In this document: positions 30,441 through 41,341 of the stretch, in pieces
Numbering within the stretch: the stretch's first letter is position 1
How the letters are laid out: the number at the start of each line of letters is the position of its first letter
DNA from: an uncultured bacterium
GTDB lineage: Bacteria > Margulisbacteria > WOR-1 > JAKLHX01
Direction of reading: 5' to 3'
NCBI GenBank assembly: GCA_964597815.1
Contig: CAZQZN010000002.1
Location: 15,436-79,435 of the forward strand
Length of the DNA: 64,000 nt
Made by a program: the position numbers and the translations under genes
The notes under the pieces: generated by a model
Seen by the model: the letters and a program-made list of their open reading frames with translations, nothing else
Databases searched by the model: none
What the model was told of the DNA's origin: nothing

Positions 30441-31961
30441 TCACCCCCTCTCCTGCCGATATTGAAGAGATTCAGCAATATGATTTGGCTTTATCAATTC
30501 GCAGTTTTCTAAATCAGCAATAGTTCTTGCAACTTTCAAAATTTTGTCAAAAGATCTTGCACTTAATCTCAGTTTATAAATTGCGTCTTTTAATAAATTT
30601 TCAGCTTCTGTTGTCATAACACAGAATTTTCTTACATATTTAGGTGAGATCTTTGAGTTGCACAAGATATTCAATTTTTCAAAGCGTTTTCTTTGGATAT
30701 TTCTTGCTGCAACAACTCTTTGTCTAATTTGATAAGAAGATTCGGTATTTGTAGAATTAATTAATTCTTCCTTTTTCAACCTTGGAATTGATATGTGAAT
30801 ATCAATTCTATCTAAAATAGGACCAGATATTTTTGACAAATATTTTTGGACTTTCCAAGGAGGGCATAAACATACAGAATTAGGATCTCCATAATTTCCA
30901 CAAGGACATGGATTCATCGCAGCAATAAGCATAAATTGCGCAGGATAAGTTAGTGCTGTCGTTGCTCTTGATATTGTAACTTTCCCATCTTCAAGAGGTT
31001 GTCTTAATGATTCAATAACATTTTTGTCAAATTCCGGAAATTCATCTAAAAATAATAGCCCATGATGCGAAAGAGTTATTTCGCCGGGTTTTGGAATTCT
31101 TCCACCTCCAATCATTCCTATATCAGATGTAGTATGATGCGGAGACCTGAAAGGACGAGTTTTTATGAGAGATGTTTTTCTATCTAACAATCCTGCAATG
31201 CTGTATATCTTTGTAATTTCAAGTGCTTCTTCCAATGTTAAATCAGGCATTATTGAAGGCAGTCTTCTTGCAAGCATCGTTTTCCCGCTGCCAGGGGGGC
31301 CGACCATCAAAACATTGTGCCCACCAGCAGCAGCTATTTCCAAAGCTCTTTTTGCCAAATACTGACCTTTTACATCGCAAAAATCAAGCTCGCTTTTCAA
31401 ATCAGAAATAAAAATATCTTTTATATCTACAACGTACGGCTCAATTTTTTCTTTGCCCAATAAACTATTAACTGCTTGTTTTAAATTTTGTATTGGAAGA
31501 ACTTTGATCCCCTCAACAACTGCAGCTTCAAAAGCATTTTCATGAGGAACTAAAACTATTTTTATTCCTCTTGATTTCAACTCAAGACACATTGGAAGAA
31601 CCCCATTAACCGGCCTAAGGTTTCCATCTAATGAAAGTTCACCAATTGCTGCAATATCATCAAAAACATTCAAAGGTATTTGATTTGAAGCTGCTAAAAT
31701 GCCTAGTGCAATAGCAAGATCATAAATACTTCCCTCCTTTTTTGTGTCAGCTGGAGCTAAATTAACTATGCAATAACCTTGTGGAAAGTCATAGCCGCAA
31801 TTTATTAAAGCTGACTTTACTCTGTCTCGACTCTCTTTTATTGATGTATCAGCAAGACCAACTATTGATTGGCAAGGCAATCCTCTTGAGATATTTACCT
31901 CAACATCAACAGAATAACAATGAAGCCCTATAAAAGCAGCGCTTTTTATTCTAACAAACAT
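30441..31961 (-). CDS. comM: YifB/ComM Mg-chelatase-like AAA+ ATPase
   Basis: NLAPAD, GPPGSGKT, FRSPHH, FLDEFPEF, AAMNPCPCG, LSARS. Confidence 0.95.
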   Translation of the reverse strand: MFVRIKSAAFIGLHCYSVDVEVNISRGLPCQSIVGLADTSIKESRDRVKSALINCGYDFPQGYCIVNLAPADTKKEGSIYDLAIALGILAASNQIPLNVFDDIAAIGELSLDGNLRPVNGVLPMCLELKSRGIKIVLVPHENAFEAAVVEGIKVLPIQNLKQAVNSLLGKEKIEPYVVDIKDIFISDLKSELDFCDVKGQYLAKRALEIAAAGGHNVLMVGPPGSGKTMLARRLPSIMPDLTLEEALEITKIYSIAGLLDRKTSLIKTRPFRSPHHTTSDIGMIGGGRIPKPGEITLSHHGLLFLDEFPEFDKNVIESLRQPLEDGKVTISRATTALTYPAQFMLIAAMNPCPCGNYGDPNSVCLCPPWKVQKYLSKISGPILDRIDIHISIPRLKKEELINSTNTESSYQIRQRVVAARNIQRKRFEKLNILCNSKISPKYVRKFCVMTTEAENLLKDAIYKLRLSARSFDKILKVARTIADLENCELIKPNHIAESLQYRQERG

Positions 31962-31975
31962 AAAACTTTTTTTCT

Positions 31976-32365
31976 TTAATACTCGTCATATAATACTTCA
32001 ACATCAAATGCACTTTTGAAATGCTCAATTTTTGTGGTTTTTTGCTTCTCATCCCTATAAATGGCAACGACATCAAACCTTGCATTTTTGCTGAAAAGAT
32101 TGTTCTTAAAAATATATTGTTTTGCCGCATTGATCATACATTGCCTTTTCTTTTTATCAATTGAAAACGATGGGTGGTAGAAATTTCTCGAAGAATAATT
32201 TTTTACTTCAACAAATACTATCTGTTCTCCATCTTCACAAATTAAATCGATCTCACCCATATTTGTTTTAAAGTTCCTTTTTATCACGGTCAAACCGACT
32301 TTCTTTAGATGTCTTTCAGCCAAAACCTCGCCTTTTTTGCCGATAATTCTGCTTTCTACCCCCAT
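31976..32365 (-). CDS. yraN: YraN family nuclease
   Basis: GKKGE..A, GEIDLI, FVEVK, RFDVVAI; next to comM. Confidence 0.9.
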   Translation of the reverse strand: MGVESRIIGKKGEVLAERHLKKVGLTVIKRNFKTNMGEIDLICEDGEQIVFVEVKNYSSRNFYHPSFSIDKKKRQCMINAAKQYIFKNNLFSKNARFDVVAIYRDEKQKTTKIEHFKSAFDVEVLYDEY

Positions 32366-32379
32366 CGTTTTAAGTTATT

Positions 32380-32396
32380 AGCAATTTTTCCGCCAG
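32380..32396 (-). promoter_or_regulatory. sigma54-type -24/-12 promoter for yraN-comM-ORF-pilus ATPase
   Basis: CTGGCGGAAAAATTGCT fits TGGC-N7-TTGC; predicted +1 near 32369, ATG at 32365. Confidence 0.7.
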
Positions 32397-32461
32397 AGAA
32401 AAATGCACAAAATTAAGCGCCGAAAGAAAAAAATTGTGGAAATTTTCAACAGAAAAAATTG

Positions 32462-33331
32462 TTAGATGACCATATTATCAATAAGACGAGTTTTTCCAAG
32501 AAAGGCCGCTATTGCAATCAATACAGGCCTCTTTATTTCTTTAACATCTTCTAATGTATTAGGATCCACTACTGAAATATAATCTATCTTAATACCAATG
32601 TTCGCTTCAATAAATTTTTTCATGATTGAAATGATTTTTTTTGGGCTTTTTTCATTTGACAAAATCATTCGTTTTGCCAACAACAAAGATTTATATAATG
32701 CTGTGGCCTGATGCCTTTGAGAAGAAGACAAATATGAGTTTCTCGAACTCATTGCCAATCCGTCTCTTTCTCTGTAAGTTGGAGCAGTGATTATTTTCAC
32801 TTTGTAATTTAGATCTTTCACCATTTTTTTGATAATAAGCTGTTGCTGAAAATCTTTTGCGCCAAAAACAGCAATATCTGGATTTATGATATTGAACAGT
32901 TTTGCAACAACAGTTGTTACTCCTCTAAAATGTCCCGGCCTAGATATGCCACACAATTTTTTATCAAGCCCTTTTGACTTTCCCGCATCAACTTCCACAT
33001 AAGTAGAAAAACCTTCTGGAAACATATCATTTGGACTTGGATAAAACACAGCATCAACATTTTCTTTTTTTAGCAGTTTACAATCATTTTCAAAAGTTCG
33101 TGGATATCTTTTGTAATCCTCCTTTGGGCCAAACTGAATAGGATTTACAAATATGCTCACAATCACCTTTTCTGAATATTTTTTTGCCAATCTGACAAGC
33201 GATATATGTCCTTCGTGCAATGCCCCCATTGTTGGCACAAAACCTATCTTAAACCCCTTTCTCGTAAGAGATTGTGCGTATTGGTTCATTTTTTCAATAT
33301 TGGATATTATTTTCATTGACATTTTTTTCAC
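32462..33331 (-). CDS. panC: Pantoate-beta-alanine ligase
   Basis: FVPTMGALHEGH, SIFVNPIQF, RPGHFRGV, GLAMSSRN. Confidence 0.97.
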   Translation of the reverse strand: MKKMSMKIISNIEKMNQYAQSLTRKGFKIGFVPTMGALHEGHISLVRLAKKYSEKVIVSIFVNPIQFGPKEDYKRYPRTFENDCKLLKKENVDAVFYPSPNDMFPEGFSTYVEVDAGKSKGLDKKLCGISRPGHFRGVTTVVAKLFNIINPDIAVFGAKDFQQQLIIKKMVKDLNYKVKIITAPTYRERDGLAMSSRNSYLSSSQRHQATALYKSLLLAKRMILSNEKSPKKIISIMKKFIEANIGIKIDYISVVDPNTLEDVKEIKRPVLIAIAAFLGKTRLIDNMVI

Positions 33332-35536
33332 TTATTCTTTATAGCCGCATTTTTTAGAACATTCTTTAGTAATTCCGCTTTTGGAATATTTTTCCACTAG
33401 ATATGCACCGCACACAGGACAGGTTTCAACAAGCGGCTTTTGCCAAGATGAAAATTGGCACTTTGGATAATTACTGCAGGAATAAAAAATTCTACCTTTT
33501 TTAGTTCTTTTTTCAACAATTTCACCATCACAATCAGGCATTGGGCATTTAACTCCAATTTTTTTAAGTATAGAGCGCGTATTTTTGCATTTTGGATAAT
33601 TTGTGCATGCGAGAAATAAGCCATATCTGCTTCTTTTTACCTCCATTGGACTGCCACATTTTTCACAAGGAGGGATATCTTCTATTTTTTCTTCACCTTT
33701 TCTGGGTAAATCTTTCGTGTTTCTGCATTTAGGGAAATTAGAACAGGCCAAAAACGGGCCATACTTGCTTTGCCTAACAACCATAGGGCTGCCGCATTTT
33801 TCACATATTTCATCTGTTTTCTCTTCAAGCTTAACTTTTTGCATTTCAACGCTTGCTTTTTCCATCGCTTCTTTAAATGGAGTATAAAAATCCTGCAATA
33901 CTTTTGTCCATGATATTTTGCCTTCTTCAATTTCATCAAGTTCTTCTTCCATTAAAGCTGTAAACTTGACATCCAAAATTTTGGGGAAGTGCTTTACTAG
34001 CAATCCGTTTGTTATAATTCCAAGTTCAGTAGGTTTTAAAGCTTTGCCCTCTTTTACAACATAACCTCTTTCAATAATTGTGCTGATAATAGGCGCGTAT
34101 GTGCTCGGCCTTCCAATCCCTTTTTCTTCAAGCTCTTTTACAAGAGAGGCTTCGTTGTATCTGGCTGGTGGTTGAGTAAAATGTTGTGATGGTTCTATCT
34201 TAATAACAAATAACTTTTCGCCCGCTTCCAAATCAGGAAGAATATTTGGCCTTTCTTCTCCTTCATCCTTGCTCTCTTCATACAATTTTAAAAATCCATC
34301 AAATTTCATAAAATTACCATTTGCTCTGAAAACATAATTTTTAGCATTTATGTCAGCGGTAGTAATATCTAAAACAGCCGATTTCATCTGTGAAGCAACA
34401 AATCTTTTCCAAATCAATTCATATAGCTTGTACTGATCCGGAGTCAAATCCTTTTTTACTAGCTCCGGAGTTCTAAAAACAGAAGTCGGCCTGATTGCTT
34501 CATGTGCATCTTGCGCTCCTTTTTTTGACTTATACACATGAGGAACCTTTGGTAAATACTGAGGAGATATCTTCTCATTGATATATTTTCTTACTTCTTT
34601 AATCGCTTCATCCGAAACTCTTACAGAGTCAGTTCTCATGTAAGTTATGAGACCAATATATCCTTCCCCTGAGATTTCAACTCCTTCGTACAATTTTTGT
34701 GCTATGCTCATTGTTTTTTTTGCCTGAAATCCTAACTTTCTTGCCGCATCTTGTTGCAAAGTGCTTGTAATAAATGGAGGAGGAGAATTTCTTTTTTGTT
34801 CTCTTGTTTTTACTTCTTTGACAACAAAATCGGCATCTTTTAAATTTTCTAAAATTTCTTCTGCTTCGGTTTTATTCTTAATTTCAATGTTTTGGCCTTC
34901 TTTTGATAAAAGTTGCGCCGTAAAAATTATCTTTCTGTCTTGTTTAGTTAAATTTGCCGTTATTTTCCAATATTCTTTCGGAACAAATCTTTGAACAAGC
35001 ATCTCCCTTTCGCATATCAACCGCACAGCAACAGATTGCACTCTGCCTGCTGATAAACCTTTTCTCACTTTTTTCCACAACAGAGGAGAAATTTTATACC
35101 CTACAATTCTATCCAAAATTCTTCTTGCTTGTTGAGCCTCAACCCTTTTCATGTCAATATCTCTTGGATTTTCAACCGCGCGCAAAACAGCTGATTTTGT
35201 AATTTCGTTAAACTCTATTCTTCTGACTTTTTCATTCTCTTGCAAAATGTAAGCAAGATGCCAGGCAATTGCTTCCCCTTCTCTATCAGGATCAGGAGCC
35301 AAAAAAATTCTTTTCGCTTTTGCAGCATAACCTTTCAATTCTTTAACTATCTTTTCTTTTCCTTTTAATATGATGTATGTTGGAGAAAAGTTTTTTTCTA
35401 AATCCACTCCCAAAGCCCCAACAGGCAAATCTCTGATGTGCCCCGTGCTTGCTTTGACAAAAAAATCAGGACCCAAAAATTTTTCAAGGGTTTTTGCTTT
35501 TGCAGGAGATTCAACAATAACTAAGTTTTGAGCCAA
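33332..35536 (-). CDS. topA: DNA topoisomerase I with C-terminal zinc ribbons (TTG start)
   Basis: VESPAKAKT, DPDREGEAI, LITYMRTDS, GIGRPSTYA. Confidence 0.98.
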   Translation of the reverse strand: MAQNLVIVESPAKAKTLEKFLGPDFFVKASTGHIRDLPVGALGVDLEKNFSPTYIILKGKEKIVKELKGYAAKAKRIFLAPDPDREGEAIAWHLAYILQENEKVRRIEFNEITKSAVLRAVENPRDIDMKRVEAQQARRILDRIVGYKISPLLWKKVRKGLSAGRVQSVAVRLICEREMLVQRFVPKEYWKITANLTKQDRKIIFTAQLLSKEGQNIEIKNKTEAEEILENLKDADFVVKEVKTREQKRNSPPPFITSTLQQDAARKLGFQAKKTMSIAQKLYEGVEISGEGYIGLITYMRTDSVRVSDEAIKEVRKYINEKISPQYLPKVPHVYKSKKGAQDAHEAIRPTSVFRTPELVKKDLTPDQYKLYELIWKRFVASQMKSAVLDITTADINAKNYVFRANGNFMKFDGFLKLYEESKDEGEERPNILPDLEAGEKLFVIKIEPSQHFTQPPARYNEASLVKELEEKGIGRPSTYAPIISTIIERGYVVKEGKALKPTELGIITNGLLVKHFPKILDVKFTALMEEELDEIEEGKISWTKVLQDFYTPFKEAMEKASVEMQKVKLEEKTDEICEKCGSPMVVRQSKYGPFLACSNFPKCRNTKDLPRKGEEKIEDIPPCEKCGSPMEVKRSRYGLFLACTNYPKCKNTRSILKKIGVKCPMPDCDGEIVEKRTKKGRIFYSCSNYPKCQFSSWQKPLVETCPVCGAYLVEKYSKSGITKECSKKCGYKE

Positions 35537-35575
35537 TTATAAACGCCTTTCTTTCTTTGTATTAAACAATTTAAG

Positions 35576-35605
35576 AATATAACAGATAAAACAAATATCT
35601 GTCAA
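35576..35605 (-). promoter_or_regulatory. sigma70-type promoter for topA
   Basis: TTGACA-18 nt-TATATT with extended TG. Confidence 0.65.
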
Positions 35606-35610
35606 ACCCA

Positions 35611-36237
35611 TCAATTTTTCATAACAAGTTCTTCTGCTTTTTTTCTTGCGTTTTCAAGCGCTTTGTCAAGCAAGATTGTTTCATGAGGCCCGGAAAATGG
35701 CTTGTCTGCAAATATCACAACTTTGCTAAATGGAAGTGGAATAAAATATTTATCCCATCTGAAATGAAGCGTAATTTTTCTGTTTGCCGCAATGCCTACA
35801 GGTATTATTTTCGCTCCTGTTTTTTCCGCAATAAAAAATATACCGCTTTTTGATTTTCTCCTTGGTCCTTTTGGCCCATCGGGAACAATAACAAGCGCAT
35901 ATCCTTCCTGAAAAGATTTTATCATCTGAAATACCGCATAAGCACTTTGTTTTGCCCCTCCATCAAAAGAGGCACGAATTATTTTTGGATTAAAAATTTT
36001 TATAGCCTTTGAAACTATGTCACCCATAACTCCTTTTGTTGTCAGAACGGCAACTTTTTCAAACGGGTTTGCAAATCCAACAACAAAATAGGCTTCGTGC
36101 CAAAAAGCGTAAATAGATGACTGATGAAGATTTTCAAATCCATATTTTTCAATACGGATTAATTTTTGTGTTAAAAGCATCCCCAGCTGGACAAAAAAAG
36201 CGGCAATAGAAGTGTAAATATCAACCAATAAATTCAT
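35611..36237 (-). CDS. DUF374 / lysophospholipid acyltransferase-like protein
   Basis: YAFWH, PDGPKGPRR, WDKYFIPLPFS. Confidence 0.8.
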   Translation of the reverse strand: MNLLVDIYTSIAAFFVQLGMLLTQKLIRIEKYGFENLHQSSIYAFWHEAYFVVGFANPFEKVAVLTTKGVMGDIVSKAIKIFNPKIIRASFDGGAKQSAYAVFQMIKSFQEGYALVIVPDGPKGPRRKSKSGIFFIAEKTGAKIIPVGIAANRKITLHFRWDKYFIPLPFSKVVIFADKPFSGPHETILLDKALENARKKAEELVMKN

Positions 36238-36242
36238 TAGTA

Positions 36243-37958
36243 TTATCTTCCAAAAAGTCTATCAATATCATTTCTTTCAAGTTTTACAACTGTTGGCCTT
36301 CCGTGTGGACAAGTTGAAAAATAATCTGACGAAAAAATTTTTTCTATCAGCGAATTTTTTTCTTCTATTGTCAAATCCTCATTTGCTTTAACAGCGCTGT
36401 GGCATGCAGCAAGCTTTGCCAACTTGTCAATTGCCTCATCTGTCTTAAGATAATCAGAGCCCTCATCAAGCTGCAATGCTATATCTTTTATCAAAGATTT
36501 TATGTCTAAACGGGTTAACAAATAAGGAATTGCTTTTATCCTTATCGAATTCCCTCCAAAAATTTCTACATCAAATCCAAGTTTTTTTAAGTTGCCTAAA
36601 TTTTTTTCTATAATAGAAAATTCTTTTTTATCAAGCTCAAAAACTTCAGGCACTAAACATATTTGTTGGGAGGAATTATTAGACATTTTATTTTCTTTTA
36701 AAGATTCATAAAGCATCCTTTCATGGGCGGCATGCTGATCAATTACAAATAAAGTATTCCCATCTAAACAAACAATATATGTGTTGGCAATTGTAGCAAC
36801 AACTCTTGGCGTTTTTTTCTCCTCAGTAAAAATCTTCTCACTATGTTGAAAACTTTCTATAATAGGATTGTCTAAAAACTTTGTTTCGTATGGCATCTGT
36901 AAGTTTATTGCATCAGAAGTATTTAGCCGAGATTTATCAATAGATTTATAACTTTGTTCAACAGAATAAACAAGTTTTGGAGGAGAAGCTAAAGATAAAG
37001 CATCTAAAACAGCTTTCTCTATCAAATTGTTTATTTTTTGTGGATTAGAAAATTTTATCTCTTTTTTTGTCGGATGAACATTTACATCTATTTCTTTTGG
37101 ATCAAAAGAAATATGAATTACAGCTGATGGATGTCTATCAGAAGGGATGAGATTCTTATATGCAATTTCCAGAGCGTTTGAGAGAACAAAACCTTTGACA
37201 CTTCTTCCATTTACAAAAAAATGCTGATTTGATCGGTTCACCTTCGTATCGGATGGTTTGCTTATATATCCTTTTACATCCTTATAAGAAACCTCAAGAA
37301 GATTTCGCGCAAAAGACAAACCATAAATGTCTGCAATCGCATCGAACAACGAACCATTTCCTGTAGAAGACAAAACCTCTTTTCCATCGCAAATTAGCTT
37401 AAAGTTTACATCTGGATTGGACAAAATAAAATCCGAAACAACACTAACAATATGTTTTTCTTCTGTTAAATCAGATTTCATAAATTTCAATCTAGCAGGT
37501 GTATTAAAGAACAGGTTTTTTACAATTACCGTTGTTCCTTGTGGGCAACCAAACTCCGAAATATCTACCACCTTTCCACCATCAATAATTATTTTTGTGC
37601 CATTTTCACCATTATTGGTAAAGAGTTCAAAGTTTGAGACAGAAGAAACAGCAAAAAGGGCTTCTCCTCTAAATCCTAATGTTTTGATATTGAAAAGATC
37701 ATCAATATCTCTTATTTTTGATGTAGCATGCCTTTGAACCGATAAAACCGCATCCGCTCGGCTCATTCCAATACCATTATCAGTTACACGAATAAACTTT
37801 TTTCCGCCTGATAAAATCTCAATTTCAATTTTTTTGGCAGAAGCATCCAAAGAATTTTCGACTAATTCTTTAACAACTGATGATGGCCTTTCAACAACTT
37901 CACCAGCAGATATTTTTGAAACAACATAATCATCCAATATTTTTATGGTTTTTGTCAT
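36243..37958 (-). CDS. mutL: DNA mismatch repair protein MutL with endonuclease motif
   Basis: ISAGEVVERP, GFRGEAL, DVNVHPTK, DQHAAHER, ACH, CPHGRP. Confidence 0.97.
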   Translation of the reverse strand: MTKTIKILDDYVVSKISAGEVVERPSSVVKELVENSLDASAKKIEIEILSGGKKFIRVTDNGIGMSRADAVLSVQRHATSKIRDIDDLFNIKTLGFRGEALFAVSSVSNFELFTNNGENGTKIIIDGGKVVDISEFGCPQGTTVIVKNLFFNTPARLKFMKSDLTEEKHIVSVVSDFILSNPDVNFKLICDGKEVLSSTGNGSLFDAIADIYGLSFARNLLEVSYKDVKGYISKPSDTKVNRSNQHFFVNGRSVKGFVLSNALEIAYKNLIPSDRHPSAVIHISFDPKEIDVNVHPTKKEIKFSNPQKINNLIEKAVLDALSLASPPKLVYSVEQSYKSIDKSRLNTSDAINLQMPYETKFLDNPIIESFQHSEKIFTEEKKTPRVVATIANTYIVCLDGNTLFVIDQHAAHERMLYESLKENKMSNNSSQQICLVPEVFELDKKEFSIIEKNLGNLKKLGFDVEIFGGNSIRIKAIPYLLTRLDIKSLIKDIALQLDEGSDYLKTDEAIDKLAKLAACHSAVKANEDLTIEEKNSLIEKIFSSDYFSTCPHGRPTVVKLERNDIDRLFGR

Positions 37959-37992
37959 AATTTATGTTAATTTTAGCATGATGATCCATTCT

Positions 37993-39282
37993 TCAATAGG
38001 CAACAACATTTTGGAGAATTTCAACAAATTTTGGAAAAGAAGTGTTTATGCAATCCGTATCTTGTATCAAAATTGGATCGTTAGCAGAAAGACCAGCGAT
38101 TGCAAGCGACATTGCAATTCTGTGATCTCCATGGCTGGTACATGTTGCGCCTTTTATTTTATTTTTCCCAAAGATGACCAAACCATCTTCTTTATCAATA
38201 GCGTTAACCCCAATTTTTTTTAGTTCCTCAACAGTCGTTTTAATCCTATCACTTTCTTTCACTCTTAATTCCTGTGCATCAGAAATGATCGTTTCCCCAT
38301 CCGCTAGTGCTGCTGCAACTGAAATTATTGGAATTTCATCAATTATTCTTGGAATTATATCTCCTTTAATTTCAATGCCTTTAAGAAAGGAGTATTTTGC
38401 TGTAATATCTCCAACTTCTTCTTCGCAAATCTTTCTCAAATTTTCTACTTTTATATCAGCGCCCATTTTCATCAAAACATCTAATAATCCCGTTCTTGTT
38501 GGATTTAGGCCAACATTTGTTATTTTTATCTCTGAATCTGGGATAATAAGCGCCGCAACAATAAAGAACGCAGCAGAAGAAATATCCCCCGGAATTATTA
38601 CATTTTTGGGTTTTATTTCATCAACATTGCTTATGTGTATAGAGTTATTTCTTTTTGAAAAAGGAATTTCAAAGTACTTAAATAATCTTTCTGTATGATC
38701 TCTTGATGCAGCTGGTTCAGAAATAACAGATTCTCCCTGAGCAAATAAAGAAGCAAACATAAGACAGGATTTTACTTGAGCGCTTGGAATAGGCAAGTCA
38801 TAATTGATCGCTTTGAGTTTCCCTCCTTTGACTTCAAGTGGTGCAAAATTGCCGTCATCTCTGCCTATAATAGTCGCCCCCATTTTTCTCAACGGCTCGA
38901 CTACTCTTTTCATAGGCCTTTGCCTTATGGATTCATCTCCAGTTATTGTGGAAACAAAATCCTGCCCAGACAAAATGCCTAAAATTAGCCTTATTAGTGT
39001 TCCTGAATTGCCAACATAAAGAATATCATTTGGATGTCGTAATCCTCTTAAACCTTTTCCATAAACCAAATAGTTGCTATCACCATTTTTTTCAACTTTT
39101 ATTCCCATCGCTCTAAAACACTCTATTGTACGCAGACAATCATCTGATTCAAGAAAGTTTTGAACTTCACACACGCCATTTGACAGAGAACAGAGCATTA
39201 TTGAACGATGAGATATAGATTTGTCAGATTGAACCTGAATCTTCCCACTTATTTTTTTACAAGGAATTACTTTAAGATCCAT
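37993..39282 (-). CDS. aroA: 3-phosphoshikimate 1-carboxyvinyltransferase
   Basis: DKSISHR, GNSGT, SAQVKS, RDHTER, RVKESDRI, GDHRIAM. Confidence 0.97.
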   Translation of the reverse strand: MDLKVIPCKKISGKIQVQSDKSISHRSIMLCSLSNGVCEVQNFLESDDCLRTIECFRAMGIKVEKNGDSNYLVYGKGLRGLRHPNDILYVGNSGTLIRLILGILSGQDFVSTITGDESIRQRPMKRVVEPLRKMGATIIGRDDGNFAPLEVKGGKLKAINYDLPIPSAQVKSCLMFASLFAQGESVISEPAASRDHTERLFKYFEIPFSKRNNSIHISNVDEIKPKNVIIPGDISSAAFFIVAALIIPDSEIKITNVGLNPTRTGLLDVLMKMGADIKVENLRKICEEEVGDITAKYSFLKGIEIKGDIIPRIIDEIPIISVAAALADGETIISDAQELRVKESDRIKTTVEELKKIGVNAIDKEDGLVIFGKNKIKGATCTSHGDHRIAMSLAIAGLSANDPILIQDTDCINTSFPKFVEILQNVVAY

Positions 39283-40135
39283 AAATACTATCTCTAAATT
39301 CTTTTGCTTTTTTCAAGAGATTTTCCATAGCTTTCAAATCTCCGTTTCTTATTGCGGATTCAAGCAAATCCAATTCAGATTTAAAATTTTTTAACATTTC
39401 AAGGATTGCACTTTTGTTTGTCGAAAACATATCAATGCCCATCTGTATATTGCCGGAAGCAATTCTTGTAGTGTCTCTAAAACCAGAAGAGGCCAGTTTA
39501 ACACAATTATCCCTGTTTTGCTTTAATTCCACAATTGTGTTCACCAAAGAAACAGCAATGGCAATAGGCATATGGCTGATAGCTGCAACAGTAAAATCAT
39601 GCTCTTCTGGGGTCATAATAGTAATGTTTACATCTAATTTTTCAATAAAAGAAACGAGTTTTTGCAAAGCGGATTTATTCGTATAAGATGTTTGCGTTAA
39701 AACATAATTATTGCCTTCAAGCAAATATTTGGTTGCAGCTTTTATACCAGACCTTTCGCTGCCTGCCATTGGATGACCGCCAACAAAAAAAATTCTTTCG
39801 GGAACGCACCGTTCAAGTTCTTTTACTATATCGGCTTTTGAAGAGGCAACATCTGTTATGATGCATCCATCCTTTACTGAAGAAAATATTGTTTTTGCTG
39901 TTGGAACAACCGTTGAAATAGGTGTACAAATAAAAACAATATCAGCGGATTTTGTCCCATCGATAAGATCCAAAGTATATTCATCAATTGCTTCTTTTTT
40001 TACCGCTTCTTCTAGATTTTGAATATTTCTGCTTATCCCGATAACTTTTTTGGAAATACCTTTATTTTTAACTGCCATGCCTATTGAACCACCAATCAAT
40101 CCCATGCCAACTATCGCTATTGTATCCATAATCAA
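39272..40135 (-). CDS. tyrA: Prephenate/arogenate dehydrogenase
   Basis: GMGLIGGS, TDVASSK, GGHPMAGSE, SGFRDTTRIA. Confidence 0.92.
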   Translation of the reverse strand: MIMDTIAIVGMGLIGGSIGMAVKNKGISKKVIGISRNIQNLEEAVKKEAIDEYTLDLIDGTKSADIVFICTPISTVVPTAKTIFSSVKDGCIITDVASSKADIVKELERCVPERIFFVGGHPMAGSERSGIKAATKYLLEGNNYVLTQTSYTNKSALQKLVSFIEKLDVNITIMTPEEHDFTVAAISHMPIAIAVSLVNTIVELKQNRDNCVKLASSGFRDTTRIASGNIQMGIDMFSTNKSAILEMLKNFKSELDLLESAIRNGDLKAMENLLKKAKEFRDSIYGS

Positions 40136-41322
40136 AAAACCTCTCTAAAAAATTTTGGAATCAGCTCAAATCCGTTTTGCACAACAAAATTGCTTTTTGA
40201 AATCTGATTTTCAGAAAATTTCTCGACGCCATTTTTGCTAACATTAGTCCCCATTATAGCAAAAGGGACCAATCCTCTTGCATGGGTTTTCAACGGTATT
40301 GGGGTTAAATGATCAGAAGTTAAAAGGATTCTGTATTGTTTAAAATCTTTGATTTTGGATAGAATCGTACCAACAACAAACTTATCAAAATCTTCTATGG
40401 CTTTAATTTTGCCTTTTATATCTCCATTGTGTCCAGTTTCATCAGGTGCCTCAACATGAATGAAAACAAAATCCTTCATCTTTAAAGAGTTTAACGCATA
40501 TTCCGCTTTGCCAATATAGTTTGTATCTAAATATCCAGTTGCACCAGGAACATTTATTACATCCAAACCAGCGTAAACACCTATGCCCTTAATTAAATCA
40601 ACAGCTGTAATTACAGAACCGGTTATTTGAAACATTTCTTCATAGTTTGGCATTTTTGGTTTGGTCCCCTGCCCCCAAAGCCAAATCGAATTTGCGGTTT
40701 TGTCCCCACGTCTGGTTAAATTTTTATTGACATCTGATTTCAAAAGCACCTCTGTTGCGTTTTTCATCAATTCAATCAAAAATTGGGATCCAACTCCCTT
40801 TGGCAAATAGTTTTTAGTTGATTTGCCAGTTATATCATGCGGAGGAGTACATATTGCTTTTTTTGGTCCGTTTTTGATTACGCATAGATGCCTATAACTC
40901 ATTCCGGGATAAAATCTGACTCTTTCATCCGAAAGTTTCGAATTCAATTCCAGAATTATTTTTTTTGCATCTTCCGTGCTTATATGCCCAGCACTGTAAT
41001 CATCCATAATGCCATCATTGATTGTCACCAAATTACATCTAAAAGCAACTTCGTCATCCTTTAAATCAACACCTAAACTTGCTGCTTCAAGCGGAGCTCT
41101 ACCGGAATAATATTTTTTTGGATCATATCCAAAAATGCTCAAATTTGCCACATCAGAAGCAGGTGGAAAATTTTCTGGAACAAAATTTGCCATTCCCACA
41201 ATTCCATTTGAAGCAATTATGTCCATATTTGGTGTTTTTGCAGCTTCAAGAGGTGTCTTGTTATCAAGATCTTTTAGCGGATAATCAGGCATGCCATCGC
41301 CGACTAAAATTATGTATTTCAT
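40132..41322 (-). CDS. apgM: Cofactor-independent phosphoglycerate mutase, ApgM type
   Basis: GDGMPD, TPLEAAKTPNMD, SDVAN, HVEAPDETGH, SDH.TP. Confidence 0.9.
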   Translation of the reverse strand: MKYIILVGDGMPDYPLKDLDNKTPLEAAKTPNMDIIASNGIVGMANFVPENFPPASDVANLSIFGYDPKKYYSGRAPLEAASLGVDLKDDEVAFRCNLVTINDGIMDDYSAGHISTEDAKKIILELNSKLSDERVRFYPGMSYRHLCVIKNGPKKAICTPPHDITGKSTKNYLPKGVGSQFLIELMKNATEVLLKSDVNKNLTRRGDKTANSIWLWGQGTKPKMPNYEEMFQITGSVITAVDLIKGIGVYAGLDVINVPGATGYLDTNYIGKAEYALNSLKMKDFVFIHVEAPDETGHNGDIKGKIKAIEDFDKFVVGTILSKIKDFKQYRILLTSDHLTPIPLKTHARGLVPFAIMGTNVSKNGVEKFSENQISKSNFVVQNGFELIPKFFREVF

Positions 41323-41341
41323 AAACTAACCTTTCATTGCC

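Noticed and set aside
33340-33800. Repeated CEKCGSPM...C.NYPKC units
   Set aside because: These are the normal TopA zinc-ribbon repeats
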